Origin: Marsupella aquatica
Lineage: Eukaryota; Plantae; Marchantiophyta
Assembly: GCA_973895155.1 (NCBI GenBank)
Contig: OZ316896.1
Span: 23,518,600-23,582,599, forward strand
DNA length: 64,000 bases
Direction: 5' to 3'
The position numbers and the translations under genes are program-made. The notes under the pieces are model-generated. The model ran no database searches. It was not told where the DNA came from and was given only the letters and a program-made list of their open reading frames with translations. Of this stretch, positions 61,447 through 64,000 are shown in pieces (position 1 is the stretch's first letter; each line of letters opens with the position of its first letter).

Positions 61447-62303
61447 ACCTGAATAATGTACATGCATAGTGCACCTGATGTGGATACCTTGGAGATTGCA
61501 GACATTCCAATTTTGAGAAGAAGGACCTCTGTAGGAGAGGATGCTTAGGCAACAAGTACCCTAAGTTCATTACTTGTTCCTGGGTACATGCCTTCAAAAA
61601 CTCCCCTTAAGCCTTCTAGGAACTTTTTTAACTCTGCAATCATTTTGATCATGACTTACATGACACTGCTTAAATTAAATCAGGACTTCTCATTATGAGC
61701 ATATAAGTTACAAGGCTATTTAATTTGCGAGAATTCCCTTAAAGTGTACCAGGCAACATTTTGTATTCTCATTGAATGTCTGCCCATTTATAACATCTGT
61801 ATGTGGCATCACAAAACAATTGCACCTGTCACCTTCAATATTGTGAAGGCACATATTCAAACTATGAGGTGCATCCTTGCAGGTGTCTAGTATGTTTGTC
61901 CCAATATTTCTCCTGTTTGGAATCGGAGTAGAGACTCACCAGACGACTGGACTGGCCGGACCAAGTTATAAATGCAGCATTTTAGGGGCCCTCCGATTAT
62001 CAGGTGAACACATTATCTTCCGGTCTGCAGTGATTAGGTGGGGTGTGTGTACATGGCCTCTAGGAACAACCCCAATTTAAGGAATACTGAAGTATTAGAT
62101 TAATTCCAATTTTATCTAAATATTATTAGTTAATGAATGATCAACCTCTTTAACATTTGGTGGGATAGTCAAAAACTTCAAATGTTTTGTTGCAAGATCT
62201 TTATAACAATGCATCACTAAATGACATCAAGTACCTCTTGATCCATGCACAAATCCTTAATTAAACTGTCATTCATTGTTTCAATTGTCTATTTAATTAT
62301 TAT

Positions 62304-62865
62304 AGGGTTGAATACAAAAAAGATTGACACGCACCAGGGTGCGTGACCTACAATCATAGTAAGTACCACCCTTTAATTAGTTAGTTTCTTTACAACAATT
62401 AATAGGATTGTTGTATATTACAATGTCTACTCGATATTCATTTGAATGTCAATAATATCATGCCTTAATATCACCAAACTAAGGCCCCACTAACTAATAT
62501 TATATCTTAAATAAACTAACCAACTAACTAACTTGTCTATTGAATTACTATATTAGGGTTGAATACAAAAAAGATTGACACGCACCAGGGTGCGTGACCT
62601 ACAATCATAGTATCACCCTTTAATTAGTTAGTTTCTATTGCTTTGACTCAATCAGGCATGGAACCATATAAAATCAGAAATCATTGAAAGTTGAGTTCAC
62701 TTGAAGGTGTAACTATAATTATTATTTATTAATAGGATTGTTGTATATTACAATGTCTACTCGACATTCATTTGAATGTCAATAATATCATGCCTTAATA
62801 TCACCAAACTAAGGCCCCACTAACTACTATTATATCTTAAATAAACTAACCAACTAACTAACTTA
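62304..62865. repeat. Imperfect tandem duplication with GC-rich hairpin
   Basis: 62304-62390 repeats at 62554; 62399-62534 repeats at 62729; hairpin CACGCAC-CAGG-GTGCGTG in both. Confidence 0.85.
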
Positions 62866-62958
62866 GACAATAAGACTTGTCTAATCTTGAGTTCTCTGGC
62901 TACTACTATTCTGAGTTGCCTTTTAAACTGTATGCTAAACTACATGCTTCATTATTGT

Positions 62959-64000
62959 CTAGGATTTGTCACTTGCTATGCATGTCAAGAGATAGTCTCT
63001 TGTCTTGGCAGCAACATTCTTTGGAATTCCTACCAGCCCTGTCACTGGTCCTTTGCGTGCTTTGAAACACCACAAGGCAGAGGAAACATCTAGTGTCTCA
63101 GCTTCCTTGTATATTGGAGCTGGATCACGTTCCCATTTCTTATCCCAAGAATCTGCCCACCGCTCTCTTGGCTGCGAGTCTGATTGACCACGTTGCTTCT
63201 TTGCCATAAATGGTCTAAACCACTCAACGCCACATACATGAGTAAGAAAGTTTTGTTCATTCACTGGTCCTTCTACCACATCTGTAACAACTAACCCCAT
63301 ATGGACGGGATAAACATCCAGGTCTGAGTCGTCTGGCCGTACCAACACATAACAGCCTTTCACAACATCAACCCTAGGGTTAAAACTCTAAGGAGGTTTA
63401 TCTTTTGCTGGTCCCACGTAATCCACTGTTGCCTCCAACTCACATGCCACATTTCGATATTCTGGTGGAACGTGCTCTCTCCATATTGATAAAGGCCAAA
63501 ACCCGTATTCCAAGTTGTGTGCACCTTCAGGTTCATATTGCACCTGCTCACCCTGTAGAGTATCTACAATGTCATTCCAATAATTGATGAGAGTTGTCCA
63601 ACGTCGCTTTGGTTCTTCCTCTTTTGTTCGCTTTAGAATAAACTCAAAGAATGACACATGCTTCTTCAACCCTGTCAACACTTCAGGAAGCATTTTCAGC
63701 TCCATCATTGGTAGCCTTTTGGGCACCCCAATTGGGATGTGAGGACTTTTGTCATCTTTCCATGACCACATTTCAATACCTTCCTTGGGTAACCATCCCT
63801 GATCAGTTGACTTCATTTTGTATTGGAAGCATGGCATACTATCATGACGAACATAGAACCTAAACAACCTGGGTTTCAAATGCCCCACCAATGCCTTAGG
63901 GCCCTTTAACATGAATGGAGTTAAGTAGCTTTTGAAATCTAGGACCTCCTGTAGAAAATGTGGGACTGCATTGGGTGTCCTTGCTCTCATGAACAAGGAC
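62959..64000 (-). pseudogene. C-terminal part of a probable DNA-transposon protein with a beta-barrel (Tudor/BAH-like) tail; single in-frame stop
   Basis: ORFs 63388-63996 and 62959-63363 are in the same frame separated by one TAG; VLDFKSYL..GH.KPRLFRFY..FQYK..WLP resembles C-termini of Sola-like DDE transposases; catalytic region would lie outside the window. Confidence 0.45.

Overview
Eukaryotic, land-plant (moss-like, judged from PPR style) nuclear DNA made almost entirely of nested transposons and local segmental duplications. Left part: a Tat-like Ty3/gypsy element on the minus strand whose 5' LTR is about 4.7 kb (4445-9128) and itself carries a >1100-aa ORF (PMD-like motif plus long coiled coil). 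A TSD-flanked solo LTR of the same family (14123-18890) confirms the ORF lies inside the LTR. Both insertions landed in arrays of a 23-bp palindrome (ATCTCGGAGAG-N-CTCTCCGAGAT, about 24 copies) that flank, and fill the introns of, a decayed gene with a ParB/Srx-type DGNHR motif and a possible degenerate methyltransferase tail. Middle: three copies of a PLS-DYW PPR RNA-editing gene (one intact, one pseudogene, one 3' fragment), two Crinkler-like REase-kinase genes that are nearly identical except for a swapped ~300-bp segment, a decayed Ty1/copia element and a MITE. Right end: a stand-alone EDM2-like PHD-finger module facing a probable DNA-transposon gene. All family assignments come from motifs recognised by eye; no searches were run.
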